From assembly GCA_964490005.1 (NCBI GenBank), contig CAZBBB010000007.1, forward strand, positions 842 to 64,841: a stretch of DNA of 64,000 nucleotides. Direction: 5' to 3'. The DNA comes from an uncultured Phycisphaerales bacterium (GTDB taxonomy: Bacteria; Planctomycetota; B15-G4). The position numbers were made by a program, and so were the translations under genes. This document shows, in pieces, positions 34,888-43,825 of the stretch (position 1 is its first letter; every line of letters starts with the position of its first letter). The notes below the pieces were generated by a model, which was not told the DNA's origin, ran no database searches, and saw nothing but the letters and a program-made list of their open reading frames with translations.

Positions 34888-37131
34888 ATGGCGCGTCGCA
34901 CGTTCACGATTCGAGCCGGGATGTCACGCACGACCAAGGGACTCTTCGCGCTGGCCGCCGCCGCGATCCTGAGCTGCGGCGCCTGGTACGGCGGCCTGGA
35001 CGGGGCGAGTCTGGCCCTGCTGGCCGTCTTCGCGGCTGCGAGCTGGGTCGCCTACCGGCGAGTCATGCGCCGGCAGCACAAGGACACGGTGCTGCTCGCC
35101 GACGCCTTGGACGAGCAGGCGCGCGCGTGCGCCGAGTTGCGCCGGCAATTGGATTCCCGCACGGAGAGCCTCGAGGAGGTCGTGCGCGGGACGAGCACGG
35201 CGCTCGCGGCGGCGCTGTCGGCCCGCTTCGACGAACTCAAGAAACGATCGGCGGCGACCGACGAGGCGCTCCGGGAACTCGACACCCGGCTGCGGCTCGC
35301 GACCGAGGACCAGCGCGGCCGTCTCGACGAAGTCCGCGCCGAGGGACGTGAGCGGGCCGGGAAGCTCGAGCAGATCGTCGCCGAGCACGCACTGCGCGCG
35401 GAGGAGGCGCGCCGGGTCGCCGAAGCCGTGCGCGCGGCCGCGGCGTCCGGCGAGCACGCGCTGTCCCGCCTCGACGCCCTGGTCCGCGGACACTCCGAGG
35501 CCCTGGACACGCATGCGCGGAGTCTGGAGGAAGCGCTCGACCTCCGTGCACGCCGCTTGGACGAAGTGCTGGAGACCCGTGCCCGGGACCTGGCCGAGGC
35601 CCTGGACACGCATGCGCGGCGTCAGGCGGAGGCGCATGCGGCGCTGCTGCGCGAGCAGGCCGAAGCGACCTCGCGCCTCGATGCGCTCGCGCAGGGCCAG
35701 GCGAGCGGCGGCGAGGGCGACCGCATCCGGCACGCCGAACTCGTCGCGGCGCTCCAGCGACTCGAGTCCGCCGGGAGCGCCGCGGCCGACGCCACCGCCC
35801 GGCACGGTGACGCGCTGATCCGCGCCAGCGAGAGGATGCTCGCGGGCATCGAACTCGTCCGGGAGGCGCAGCGATCGTCGACGACCTCGCACGCGCAGTT
35901 CTCGGAGCGCCTCGAGCGCGAGCTGGCCGGCCTCGCCCGCGCGGAGGACCTCGCCCGCCTGCTCGAGGCGGGGCGACGGCTGAAGGAATCCTCTGAGGAG
36001 AACTTCGACGGGCTGCGCCAGGCACTGGGAGCGCTCGCCGGAGACCTCGAGCGGCAGACCGCACCGGCAGCGACGAAACTGGCCGACCTGCTGCGGGCCG
36101 CCGACGCGACGAGCGTGCGACTCGACGCGTTGGGGGAGCAGGCGCGCGCCGCGCACGCCACGCTCGAGCGCCTCGCGGAGCAGGCGGCGCGGCTGCCGTC
36201 CGCGCCGGACGCCGAGCGCCTGCAGGCCGAGTTTCGCGACGCGGCGAAGGCGCGCGCCAAGGTCGTCAAGGCGGTGCGCGTGTCCGGCGAGTCGCTCCAG
36301 CGCGAGCTGCGCTACCTCGTCGACACGATGCTGCACGACAAGCTCCATCCGCCCGCGGCCCCGGACAACGAACTCGCGAAGTACGCGCAGCGGCGCTTCG
36401 AGAAGCACCGGGAGACGATCGACTTCGCGCGGGCCGTCGAGGACAGCCGGCTGCGCGAGCTGTATCTGGCCGAGATCCTGCCCGACGTCGCCAAGGTGTC
36501 GCTCCCCGTCGGGGCCGTGCAGGAACTCACCGGCCACGCGAACAAGGTGGACATGCTGTTCGTGTGCGCCATCGCCAAGCACCGCAAGGCCCGGCGCATC
36601 CTCGAGTTCGGCACCTACCTCGGGCGCACGACCTACCACCTCACGTACGCGTCTCCCTCGGCGCACGTCACCACCGTGGCCCTGCCCGACGCGCAGGCGG
36701 CGGTCTACGGCGCGTTCGAGGTCGGCAGCTTCTACCGAGGCACCGCTCGGGAGAAGCGCATCACCGAACTGCGCCTCGACTCGGGGCAGCTCGACGAGCA
36801 GGAGTACGAGCAGCGGTTCGACTTCATCCTGATCGACGGCGACCACAGCTACGAGGGCGTGCGGAGCGACTCCGAGAAGGCCTTCAAGATGCTGCGCCGG
36901 GGCGGCGCGATCCTGTGGCACGACTTCGCGCCCAAGACGCCGGGCGTCGTCCGCTATGCTCGCGAACTGTCGCAGCAGCTGCCGCTGTTCCGGATCAAGC
37001 GCACGAGCCTGCTCATGCACATCGACGGCGTCGATCCGCTGGGCTTCAAGGAGCACCCGCTGCCCGACTCGCTCGAGTTGCGGCGCCTGCGCGAGGACCC
37101 GTTCTTCATCGAGGAGCTCTACCATGCGTGA
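34888..37131 (+). CDS. membrane-anchored long coiled-coil protein with a C-terminal class I SAM-dependent methyltransferase domain
   Basis: Two N-terminal hydrophobic helices, then about 430 aa of heptad-like E/R/A/L sequence. C-terminal domain has ILEFGTYLGRTT...FDFILIDGDHSYEG...GGAILWHD (Methyltransf_24 / O-MT family 3-like). Confidence 0.85.
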   Translation: MARRTFTIRAGMSRTTKGLFALAAAAILSCGAWYGGLDGASLALLAVFAAASWVAYRRVMRRQHKDTVLLADALDEQARACAELRRQLDSRTESLEEVVRGTSTALAAALSARFDELKKRSAATDEALRELDTRLRLATEDQRGRLDEVRAEGRERAGKLEQIVAEHALRAEEARRVAEAVRAAAASGEHALSRLDALVRGHSEALDTHARSLEEALDLRARRLDEVLETRARDLAEALDTHARRQAEAHAALLREQAEATSRLDALAQGQASGGEGDRIRHAELVAALQRLESAGSAAADATARHGDALIRASERMLAGIELVREAQRSSTTSHAQFSERLERELAGLARAEDLARLLEAGRRLKESSEENFDGLRQALGALAGDLERQTAPAATKLADLLRAADATSVRLDALGEQARAAHATLERLAEQAARLPSAPDAERLQAEFRDAAKARAKVVKAVRVSGESLQRELRYLVDTMLHDKLHPPAAPDNELAKYAQRRFEKHRETIDFARAVEDSRLRELYLAEILPDVAKVSLPVGAVQELTGHANKVDMLFVCAIAKHRKARRILEFGTYLGRTTYHLTYASPSAHVTTVALPDAQAAVYGAFEVGSFYRGTAREKRITELRLDSGQLDEQEYEQRFDFILIDGDHSYEGVRSDSEKAFKMLRRGGAILWHDFAPKTPGVVRYARELSQQLPLFRIKRTSLLMHIDGVDPLGFKEHPLPDSLELRRLREDPFFIEELYHA
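35495..35619 (+). repeat. exact 26-nt direct repeat inside the coiled-coil region
   Basis: CCGAGGCCCTGGACACGCATGCGCGG occurs at 35495-35520 and 35594-35619, offset 99 nt (33 codons). It encodes (S/A)EALDTHAR twice. Confidence 0.9.
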
Positions 37132-38773
37132 GGCGCCGGGCGGCACGCCGCCCGCCCCCGGCGGCTGGGCGGGGCTCCTCGGCCGGGACGCGGCGGCCTG
37201 GGAGCGGGCGCGCGCCGACGCGCAGGGGCCGCGCGTGCTGTTCGCGACGAGCATGGGCGGCTTCGTGCTCGGCTCGCTGGTCGAGAGCGCGCTGGCCGCC
37301 GCGCTCACGCTGCGCGGAGCGCGCGTCGAGTTCCTGCTCTGCGACAGCGCCCTGCCCGGCTGCCAGCAGACCGAGATCGGCAACACGACGCCCGCGCAGG
37401 TGCGCGAGGCTCCGCCGCTGCCCCGCTGCGAGAAGTGCGAGCGCGTGGGCGGCGAGATCCTCGACCCGCTCGGCCTCGTGGTCCACCGCTACGGCGACGA
37501 GCTCGAACCCCGCGACCGGGAGGAGGCGGCGCGCCTCGCCGCGTCGGTGCCGCTCGCGGAGGTCGGCGCCTTCCGGCACGACGGGCTCGCGGTCGGCGAG
37601 CACGCCCGCGCCGGCGCCCTGCGCTATTTCGCGCGGGGCGACTTCGAGGGCGAGCCCGAGGCCCCGCTCGTCGTGCGCCGCTTCCTCGAAGCCGCGCTGC
37701 TCACGGTTCGCGCCACGCGCCGCCTCATCGCGCGGCGCGGCATCGAGATCGCCTGCTTCCACCACGGGATCTACGTGCCGCAGGGCCTGATCGGCGAGGT
37801 CTGCCGGTCGATGGGCGTGCGCGTCGTGAACTGGAACCCCTCCTACCGCCGCGGCACCTTCGTCTTCAGCCACCACGACAGCTACCACCGCACGATGATC
37901 AGCGAACCGGTCGCGACCTGGGAGGACCGGCCGTGGGGGCCCGAGACGGAGCGCGCGACGATGGCCTACCTCGCGAGCCGCCGCCGCGGCACCGAGGACT
38001 GGATCTGGTTCCACGAGACGCCCGAGGAGGACGCGCGCGCCATCGAGCGCGCCTGCGGCGTGGACTTCTCGCGACCGTGCGTCGCGCTGCTGACCAGCGT
38101 CGTGTGGGACGCGCAACTGCACTACGCGAGCAACGCCTTTCCCGACATGACGAGCTGGGTGCTGCGCACGATCGAGTGGTTCGCCGGCCGGCCCGACCTG
38201 CAGCTCGTCGTGCGCGTCCATCCCGCCGAGATCCACGGGGGCGTCCCCTCGCGGCAGCGGATGGCCGACGAGATCGCCCGCCGCTTCGCCGCGCTGCCGC
38301 CGAACGTGTTCGTGCTCGGTCCGGAGAGCAGCGCGAGCACCTACACGATCGTCGACCGCTGCAACGCCGCACTCATCTACAACACCAAGACCGGCATCGA
38401 GGTCAGCGCGCAGGGCATCCCCGTGATCGTGGCCGGGGAGGCCTGGGTGCGCGGCAAGGGCTTCACGCTCGACGCCCGCAGCGCGGCCGAGTACTTCGAA
38501 CTGCTCGGCCGCCTGCCGCTCCCGGGCCGCCTGCCGGCCGCGCAGGTGCTGCGCGCGCGCCGCTACGCGCACCACTTCTTCTTCCGGCGGATGATCCGCC
38601 TGCCCTTCGTGGCTCAGGACCCCAAGGGCCGCTTCGTGCTCGGCGTGGAGAGCCTGCAGCGGCTCGCGCCGGGCGCGACGCCCGAACTCGACGCGGTGTG
38701 CGCCGGCATCCTCGAGGGGCTGCCGTTCGTGTTCGATCCCGCGCCGCGGGAGGGCGTCGCGCATGGGGCCTGA
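37124..38773 (+). CDS. capsule-polysaccharide-biosynthesis (KpsC/KpsS-like, Capsule_synth family) protein, paralogue A
   Basis: 549 aa. The ATG overlaps the previous gene's end. Conserved blocks are shared with 48052-49755 (HHG.YVPQGLIG, VVNWNP, VVWDAQLHY, LVVRVHPAE, GIPVIVAGEAWVRGKG). 4-Cys motif LLCD.ALP.C...C..C. Confidence 0.7.
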   Translation: MREAPGGTPPAPGGWAGLLGRDAAAWERARADAQGPRVLFATSMGGFVLGSLVESALAAALTLRGARVEFLLCDSALPGCQQTEIGNTTPAQVREAPPLPRCEKCERVGGEILDPLGLVVHRYGDELEPRDREEAARLAASVPLAEVGAFRHDGLAVGEHARAGALRYFARGDFEGEPEAPLVVRRFLEAALLTVRATRRLIARRGIEIACFHHGIYVPQGLIGEVCRSMGVRVVNWNPSYRRGTFVFSHHDSYHRTMISEPVATWEDRPWGPETERATMAYLASRRRGTEDWIWFHETPEEDARAIERACGVDFSRPCVALLTSVVWDAQLHYASNAFPDMTSWVLRTIEWFAGRPDLQLVVRVHPAEIHGGVPSRQRMADEIARRFAALPPNVFVLGPESSASTYTIVDRCNAALIYNTKTGIEVSAQGIPVIVAGEAWVRGKGFTLDARSAAEYFELLGRLPLPGRLPAAQVLRARRYAHHFFFRRMIRLPFVAQDPKGRFVLGVESLQRLAPGATPELDAVCAGILEGLPFVFDPAPREGVAHGA

Positions 38774-40553
38774 ACCGCGCCGGCCGCTCGCGCTCGGCAT
38801 CCACTGGGCGCACGACGCGGCCGTCGCCATCTGCTCGCCCGACGGCCTCGTCTTCGCGCTCGCCGAGGAGCGGCTGTCGCGCATCAAGCACCACTACGGC
38901 TTTCCGATCCGCGCCGTTCGCGAGGCGCTCTCGGCTTGCGGCCTGAGCGGCGCCGACATCGACGTCTTCGCGTTCTCCTCGACCAAGCGCTTCTTCCCGC
39001 AGCATCGCAACGACGCGATCGTCCAGCAGGACGGCCGCTGCACGCTGCCGGAGCCGCCGCCCGGCGGCTTCGTGACGCCGAGTCCACGCGTCCATCCCGC
39101 CCCCGAGACGCTCGGCCCGCAGTGGCGCGGGTTCGAGGACCGCCACTGGGCGCACCACGCGCCCGAGCTCGAGCGCCTGGGCCTGATGGACGAGCGCATC
39201 CGCTACTACTGCGTGGCGCACCACCGCGCCCACGCCGCGAGCGCCTTTCGCCTCGGCGGCATGGAGGAGGCCGCCGTGCTCACGATCGACGGCAAGGGCG
39301 ACGGCCTGGGGGCGACGATCAGCCGCGGCCACGCCGACGGCCGGCTCGAGCTGCTGCGGACCTCGCGCGCGCAGGACAGCCTCGGATCCTTCTACCAGGC
39401 CGTGACCGAGACGCTCGGCTTCGTGCCCGTCGACGGCGAGTACAAGACGATGGGGCTGGCGGCCCTGGCCGAGGCGCCGCCGGACGCCAATCCCTTCGAG
39501 GGCCTCGTGCGCGTCGAGGACGGCGTGCTGCACTCGCGGATGGCCTGGGAGTTCCGCGACTTCAACGCCGCCAACCCGGCCCTGGCCGTGCCCAACCCGA
39601 TCACCTCGCCGCGGCAGTGCGAGGACTTCAAGCGCTTCCTGCGCGAGCTGTCGCGCGAGCAGCTCGCGGCGCACGCCCAGGCGCACTGCGAGCAGAACGT
39701 GCTGGCGCTGGCGCGCGACGCGCTGCGCCTCACGGGGCGGCGGCGGCTCGTCGCGGCGGGCGGCGTGATGCTCAACGTGAAGGCCAATGCGCGCATCCGG
39801 GACGAGCTGGGCCTGGCGCAGGACGACGTGTTCGTGTTCCCCGACGCCTCCGACTCCGGCCTCGCGGCCGGCGCGGCGATGGAGGCGCTCTGGCAGGCCG
39901 GCGCCGTGCGCGCGCCGCTGCGCCTGCACTCGCCGTATCTCGGGCCCGCGTTCGCGCCGGCCGCGATCGACGCGGCGGTCGCCGACTGGCGCGCGACGGG
40001 CCGCGTCCTCGCCGAACCCTGCACGCCCGCGCAGCTCGCCGGCCACCTCGCGGGCGGCGCCGTCGTCGGCAGCTTCCAGGGACGCATGGAGATGGGGCCG
40101 CGCGCCCTCGGCAACCGCTCGGTGCTCGCCGATCCGCGCGACCCGCGCGTCAAGGACCGCATCAACGGCATGCTCAAGGGCCGCGAGTGGTTCGTGCCCT
40201 TCGCGCCCGCGGTGCTGGCCGACGAGGCCCCGGGGCTGTGGGACGGCGGAGGCGAGCACCGCTTCATGACCTTCGCCGTGCGCGCGAGCGAGCGGGCGCG
40301 GCGCGTCGCGCCCGCGGTCGTGCACGTCGACGGCACGATGCGGCCCCAGGTCGTCACGCCCGAATCCAACGCCTGGCTGCACGAGGTGCTGAGCGCGTTC
40401 CGCGCGCGCACGGGCGTCGGAGTGCTGCTGAACACCTCCTTCAATCGCCACGGCCTGCCGATCGTGGGTTCGCCCGGCGACGCGCTCGAGCACCTCGAGC
40501 GCGGCTGGGTCGACGCGCTCGCGATCGGGCGCTGGTACGTGCGGCGGAGCTGA
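38763..40553 (+). CDS. carbamoyltransferase (NodU/CmcH family)
   Basis: 596 aa. Contains HDAAVAI, ERLSRIKH, VAHHRAHAASAF, GGVMLNVKAN and NTSFN motifs typical of the family. Confidence 0.92.
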   Translation: MGPEPRRPLALGIHWAHDAAVAICSPDGLVFALAEERLSRIKHHYGFPIRAVREALSACGLSGADIDVFAFSSTKRFFPQHRNDAIVQQDGRCTLPEPPPGGFVTPSPRVHPAPETLGPQWRGFEDRHWAHHAPELERLGLMDERIRYYCVAHHRAHAASAFRLGGMEEAAVLTIDGKGDGLGATISRGHADGRLELLRTSRAQDSLGSFYQAVTETLGFVPVDGEYKTMGLAALAEAPPDANPFEGLVRVEDGVLHSRMAWEFRDFNAANPALAVPNPITSPRQCEDFKRFLRELSREQLAAHAQAHCEQNVLALARDALRLTGRRRLVAAGGVMLNVKANARIRDELGLAQDDVFVFPDASDSGLAAGAAMEALWQAGAVRAPLRLHSPYLGPAFAPAAIDAAVADWRATGRVLAEPCTPAQLAGHLAGGAVVGSFQGRMEMGPRALGNRSVLADPRDPRVKDRINGMLKGREWFVPFAPAVLADEAPGLWDGGGEHRFMTFAVRASERARRVAPAVVHVDGTMRPQVVTPESNAWLHEVLSAFRARTGVGVLLNTSFNRHGLPIVGSPGDALEHLERGWVDALAIGRWYVRRS

Positions 40554-40560
40554 GCGGCAC

Positions 40561-41661
40561 GTGCGCGTCCTCCACGTCATCCCCGACAGCGCCGGGAAGG
40601 AGCGCCATCGCTTTCTCGGCAGCACCAAGGACGCCCTCGGCCGCACGGAGTACTTCGAGGCGCGCGGCATCGCCTGCGAGACGATGCCGGTTCCCGAGCG
40701 CTCGGACGAGCGGTTGCGCGAGCAGCTGCGCGCCGCCGACCTGCGCGGCTTCGACGCGGCGGTCCTCGAGCTGCCGCTCTACCCGAAGTCGATCGCCTGG
40801 CTGCGGCGCACGCACCCGGCGCTGCGGATCTTCACGCGCGCGATCAACGCCGAGTTCCTGCACCAGCTGCACCTGGTCCGCAGCCACCGGCGCTACCCGT
40901 TCGCGGGCAAGAACCGCCACGAGGCGCTGCGCGACGTCGCGCGGGGGCTGCTGCGCCTGCGCCTCGACCGGGCCTGCGCGCGCCGCTCGCACGCGCTGCT
41001 CAGCATCACGGAGTGGGAGTCGCGCCACTACTGGCGCCGCCTGGCGGGCGCCGAGCGCGTGCGCACCGTGCCGTACTTCCTGCCGCGCGCGTACGTCGAC
41101 GAGATCCCGCGCGGCGTCGCCAAGGCCAACCATTGCGTCTGCATGCTGAGCACGTCATTCTCGCTGACGCCCTTCCCGCTCGACGCGGCCAGCAACTTCG
41201 GCGAGATGGTCCGCCACCTCGGTGCCAAGCGCCCGGAGTGGGAATTCTCGATCACCGGCTCGCTGGAGGTGCGCACGCGCCACTACCGCGTGCTGGACAC
41301 GACGTTGTGGATGCCGCCGCGCGTGCGCAAGCTGGGTTTCGTCGAGTCGCCGCTGGACGTGCTGGCCGGCGCGCGCGTGATGGCCGTGCTGAGCGACCTC
41401 GGCTACGGCTTCAAGACGAAGATCCTCGACGCCATCCTGAGCGGCTGCCACGTGCTCGTGACGGCCCGCTTGCTCGAGCGCCTGCCCGAAGTCGTCCGGC
41501 CGCACTGCCTCGTCGTCGACCTCGCGCACCCGCGCACCTTCTTCGAGGCGCTCGACCGCTGCCGCGACGCCGAGCCGGCCGGCGAGCCCAACACGGCGCT
41601 GCGCGGGCAGGCCTTCGCGGCGCTCGACGCGCTGTTCGCTCCGGCCGGGGGCCGTCCGTGA
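40561..41661 (+). CDS. divergent GT-B-fold glycosyltransferase-like protein (function unknown)
   Basis: GTG start. N-terminal MRVLHVIPD and C-terminal YGFKTKILDAILSGCHVLV resemble GT-B nucleotide-sugar transferases. No canonical EX7E motif seen. Confidence 0.65.
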   Translation: MRVLHVIPDSAGKERHRFLGSTKDALGRTEYFEARGIACETMPVPERSDERLREQLRAADLRGFDAAVLELPLYPKSIAWLRRTHPALRIFTRAINAEFLHQLHLVRSHRRYPFAGKNRHEALRDVARGLLRLRLDRACARRSHALLSITEWESRHYWRRLAGAERVRTVPYFLPRAYVDEIPRGVAKANHCVCMLSTSFSLTPFPLDAASNFGEMVRHLGAKRPEWEFSITGSLEVRTRHYRVLDTTLWMPPRVRKLGFVESPLDVLAGARVMAVLSDLGYGFKTKILDAILSGCHVLVTARLLERLPEVVRPHCLVVDLAHPRTFFEALDRCRDAEPAGEPNTALRGQAFAALDALFAPAGGRP

Positions 41662-42950
41662 GCGCCTCGGGCCGCACGGTCGACGTGCTCTGGCTGTTCG
41701 AGCACGTGGCCCGCGAACTCGACGTGGCCTGCGCCTGCGCCGCGATCCTGCGCGAGGCGCACGGGCTGAGCGTCGACGTGCGGCACGTCTACCGCGACGC
41801 GCGCGCCTGCCTCGAGGGACCGACGCCGCGCGTCGTCGCGCATCCCTTCGTCTACTTCATCGAGGGCGCGCTGGCGACCGAGGACTACGTGCGCGCCTGG
41901 CCCGCGGCGGTGCACTTCAACCTGGCCTGGGAGCAGCTGCACTACTCGGCCAACGTGAAGATGAAGGCGCCCGCCGACGCGTTCACGCGCGAGCGCGTGC
42001 GGCACCACGCCTGGGGGCGCTTCTACGGCGACTGGCTCGTGCGGCAGGGCGTCCCCGCCGACGGCGTGTTCGTCAACGGGCAGCCGGCCTACGCGCTCTA
42101 CCGGCCGCCGTACCGCGGGGGCTTCGAGTCGCGCGCCGAACTGGCCGCCCGGCACGGCCTCGACGCGGAGCGGCGCTGGGTCTTCGTGCCGGAGAACTAC
42201 CGCTGGGCCTTCGTGTCCGACAAGCGGCTGGCGACGCTCGTCGCGTGGGGGGGCGACGCCGACGAGATCCGCGAACTGCGCGCGGTCTCGCACGCCTCGC
42301 TCGCCGAGCTGCTGCGCTGGTGCCGCGACCTGGGGCGGCACGACGGGGTCGAGGTCGTCTTCCGCACGCGGCCGGCGACCGGCGAGGCGCTCATGCGGCG
42401 CTTCTTCGACGAGCAGGTGGGCGAGGGCTCGGCCGGCCTGCGCTTCCTCAAGGAGGGTTCGGTGCGCGAGTGGGTCCTGGCGTCCGATCTCACCGTCTCC
42501 TCCTACAGCACGAGCCTGATCGAAGCCGCGGTGGCCGGCCGGCACGCACTCATGGCGCTGCCGCGCGCGCTGCCCGCCGGCCTGCACTGCGACTGGTACG
42601 ACCTCGCGCCCTGCGTGCGCGATCAGGCGGCCTTCGAGCGCGTCTGCCTGGAAGGCGGCGCGCCGGCGACGGCGCTGGCGGCCTGGGCCGAGCGCGAATT
42701 GCTGCCGGCCGCCGACCCCATCGGCGCCCTGGCGGACGAGGTCGCGCGCCTCGTCCGCGAGCAGGCGGGCCGCGCGGCGCCCGCGCCCGCGCCCGTCGCG
42801 GCGCCGCCGGCCGACAGGACGTACTTCAATCCCGCCACGCATGACCGGGACGACCTGTCCCTCGCCGAGATCGAGGCCCGCATCGCACACTGGTCGCGGG
42901 TGCTGCGGCCACGGACGCCGTGCACTCCGGAGAGCATCGCCGAGCCATGA
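41658..42950 (+). CDS. polysaccharide-biosynthesis protein of unknown function (TagF/GT-B-like C-terminal half)
   Basis: The GTG start overlaps the upstream stop (GTGA). 430 aa. The segment LASDLTVSSYSTSLIEAAVAGRHAL resembles the C-terminal sugar/polyol-phosphate-transferase pattern. Confidence 0.65.
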   Translation: MSASGRTVDVLWLFEHVARELDVACACAAILREAHGLSVDVRHVYRDARACLEGPTPRVVAHPFVYFIEGALATEDYVRAWPAAVHFNLAWEQLHYSANVKMKAPADAFTRERVRHHAWGRFYGDWLVRQGVPADGVFVNGQPAYALYRPPYRGGFESRAELAARHGLDAERRWVFVPENYRWAFVSDKRLATLVAWGGDADEIRELRAVSHASLAELLRWCRDLGRHDGVEVVFRTRPATGEALMRRFFDEQVGEGSAGLRFLKEGSVREWVLASDLTVSSYSTSLIEAAVAGRHALMALPRALPAGLHCDWYDLAPCVRDQAAFERVCLEGGAPATALAAWAERELLPAADPIGALADEVARLVREQAGRAAPAPAPVAAPPADRTYFNPATHDRDDLSLAEIEARIAHWSRVLRPRTPCTPESIAEP

Positions 42951-43825
42951 ACGAGATCATCAACCGCACCATGAGCCGGGCCGACCTGCTCACCGAGGAG
43001 GGGCGCGCCGACTGCCGCGCCATCGACGAGCTGCTGCGGCGGCTGCGCGCGCGCGGACTGGCGACCTCGTCGTGGGTCGGAACGCTGCCGCCGCGCGAGG
43101 CCGAGCTGGCGGCCGCCGCCGCGGACGGCGGGCCGGCCTCCGGCATCGACGCCGACGGCATCGGCATGGATCAGCGCCTCGACTACCAACCCGTGCCGGG
43201 CGCGGCCGAGGACGCCCGCATCCCCTGGTTCCTGTACTGGGAGATCCACTGGGTGCTGCACGTGACGCGGCCGCTGCTCCGCCCCGGCATGCGCCTGCTG
43301 GACGCGGGCGGGGCGAGTTCGCTGTTCTCGTGCTTCCTCGCGTCGATGGGCTATCGCCTCGACACCGTCGACCTCAAGCAGGACCTCATGGACAACGGCA
43401 ACCTCATCGCCCGCGAGATGGGGTGGCCGGCGCGCGCGCACCGCATGGACCTGCGCGCGCTCGACTTCCCCGACGCGACCTTCGACCATGCCTATTCGAT
43501 CTGCGTCTTCGAGCACATCGACCACCCCGTGAAGCTGCAGGCGCTGGCCGAGATCGCGCGCGTGCTCAAGCCCGGCGGAATGCTCAGCCTGACCTTCGAC
43601 TGGCGCAACCCCGCTCCGGGCGTCAAGGGCTTCGGCAAGGACACGCGCCCCCAGAACCAGCTCGCGACCCAGGCCGACCTCGAGCGCAGCCTGCTCGCCG
43701 AGCCGCGCTTCGAACTGGTCGGCAACCGCCGCTTCGTGGACAACGGCGAGAACTACCTCGTGCACCGGCGCTTCGGCGACACGCCCTACACCTTCGGCGC
43801 GCTGTTCCTCAGGAAACGCGCGTGA
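42947..43825 (+). CDS. class I SAM-dependent methyltransferase
   Basis: ATGA overlap with the upstream stop. Motif I-like RLLDAGGASS and a post-I/II region (FDHAYSICVFEHI...LKPGGMLSLTF). Confidence 0.8.
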   Translation: MNEIINRTMSRADLLTEEGRADCRAIDELLRRLRARGLATSSWVGTLPPREAELAAAAADGGPASGIDADGIGMDQRLDYQPVPGAAEDARIPWFLYWEIHWVLHVTRPLLRPGMRLLDAGGASSLFSCFLASMGYRLDTVDLKQDLMDNGNLIAREMGWPARAHRMDLRALDFPDATFDHAYSICVFEHIDHPVKLQALAEIARVLKPGGMLSLTFDWRNPAPGVKGFGKDTRPQNQLATQADLERSLLAEPRFELVGNRRFVDNGENYLVHRRFGDTPYTFGALFLRKRA

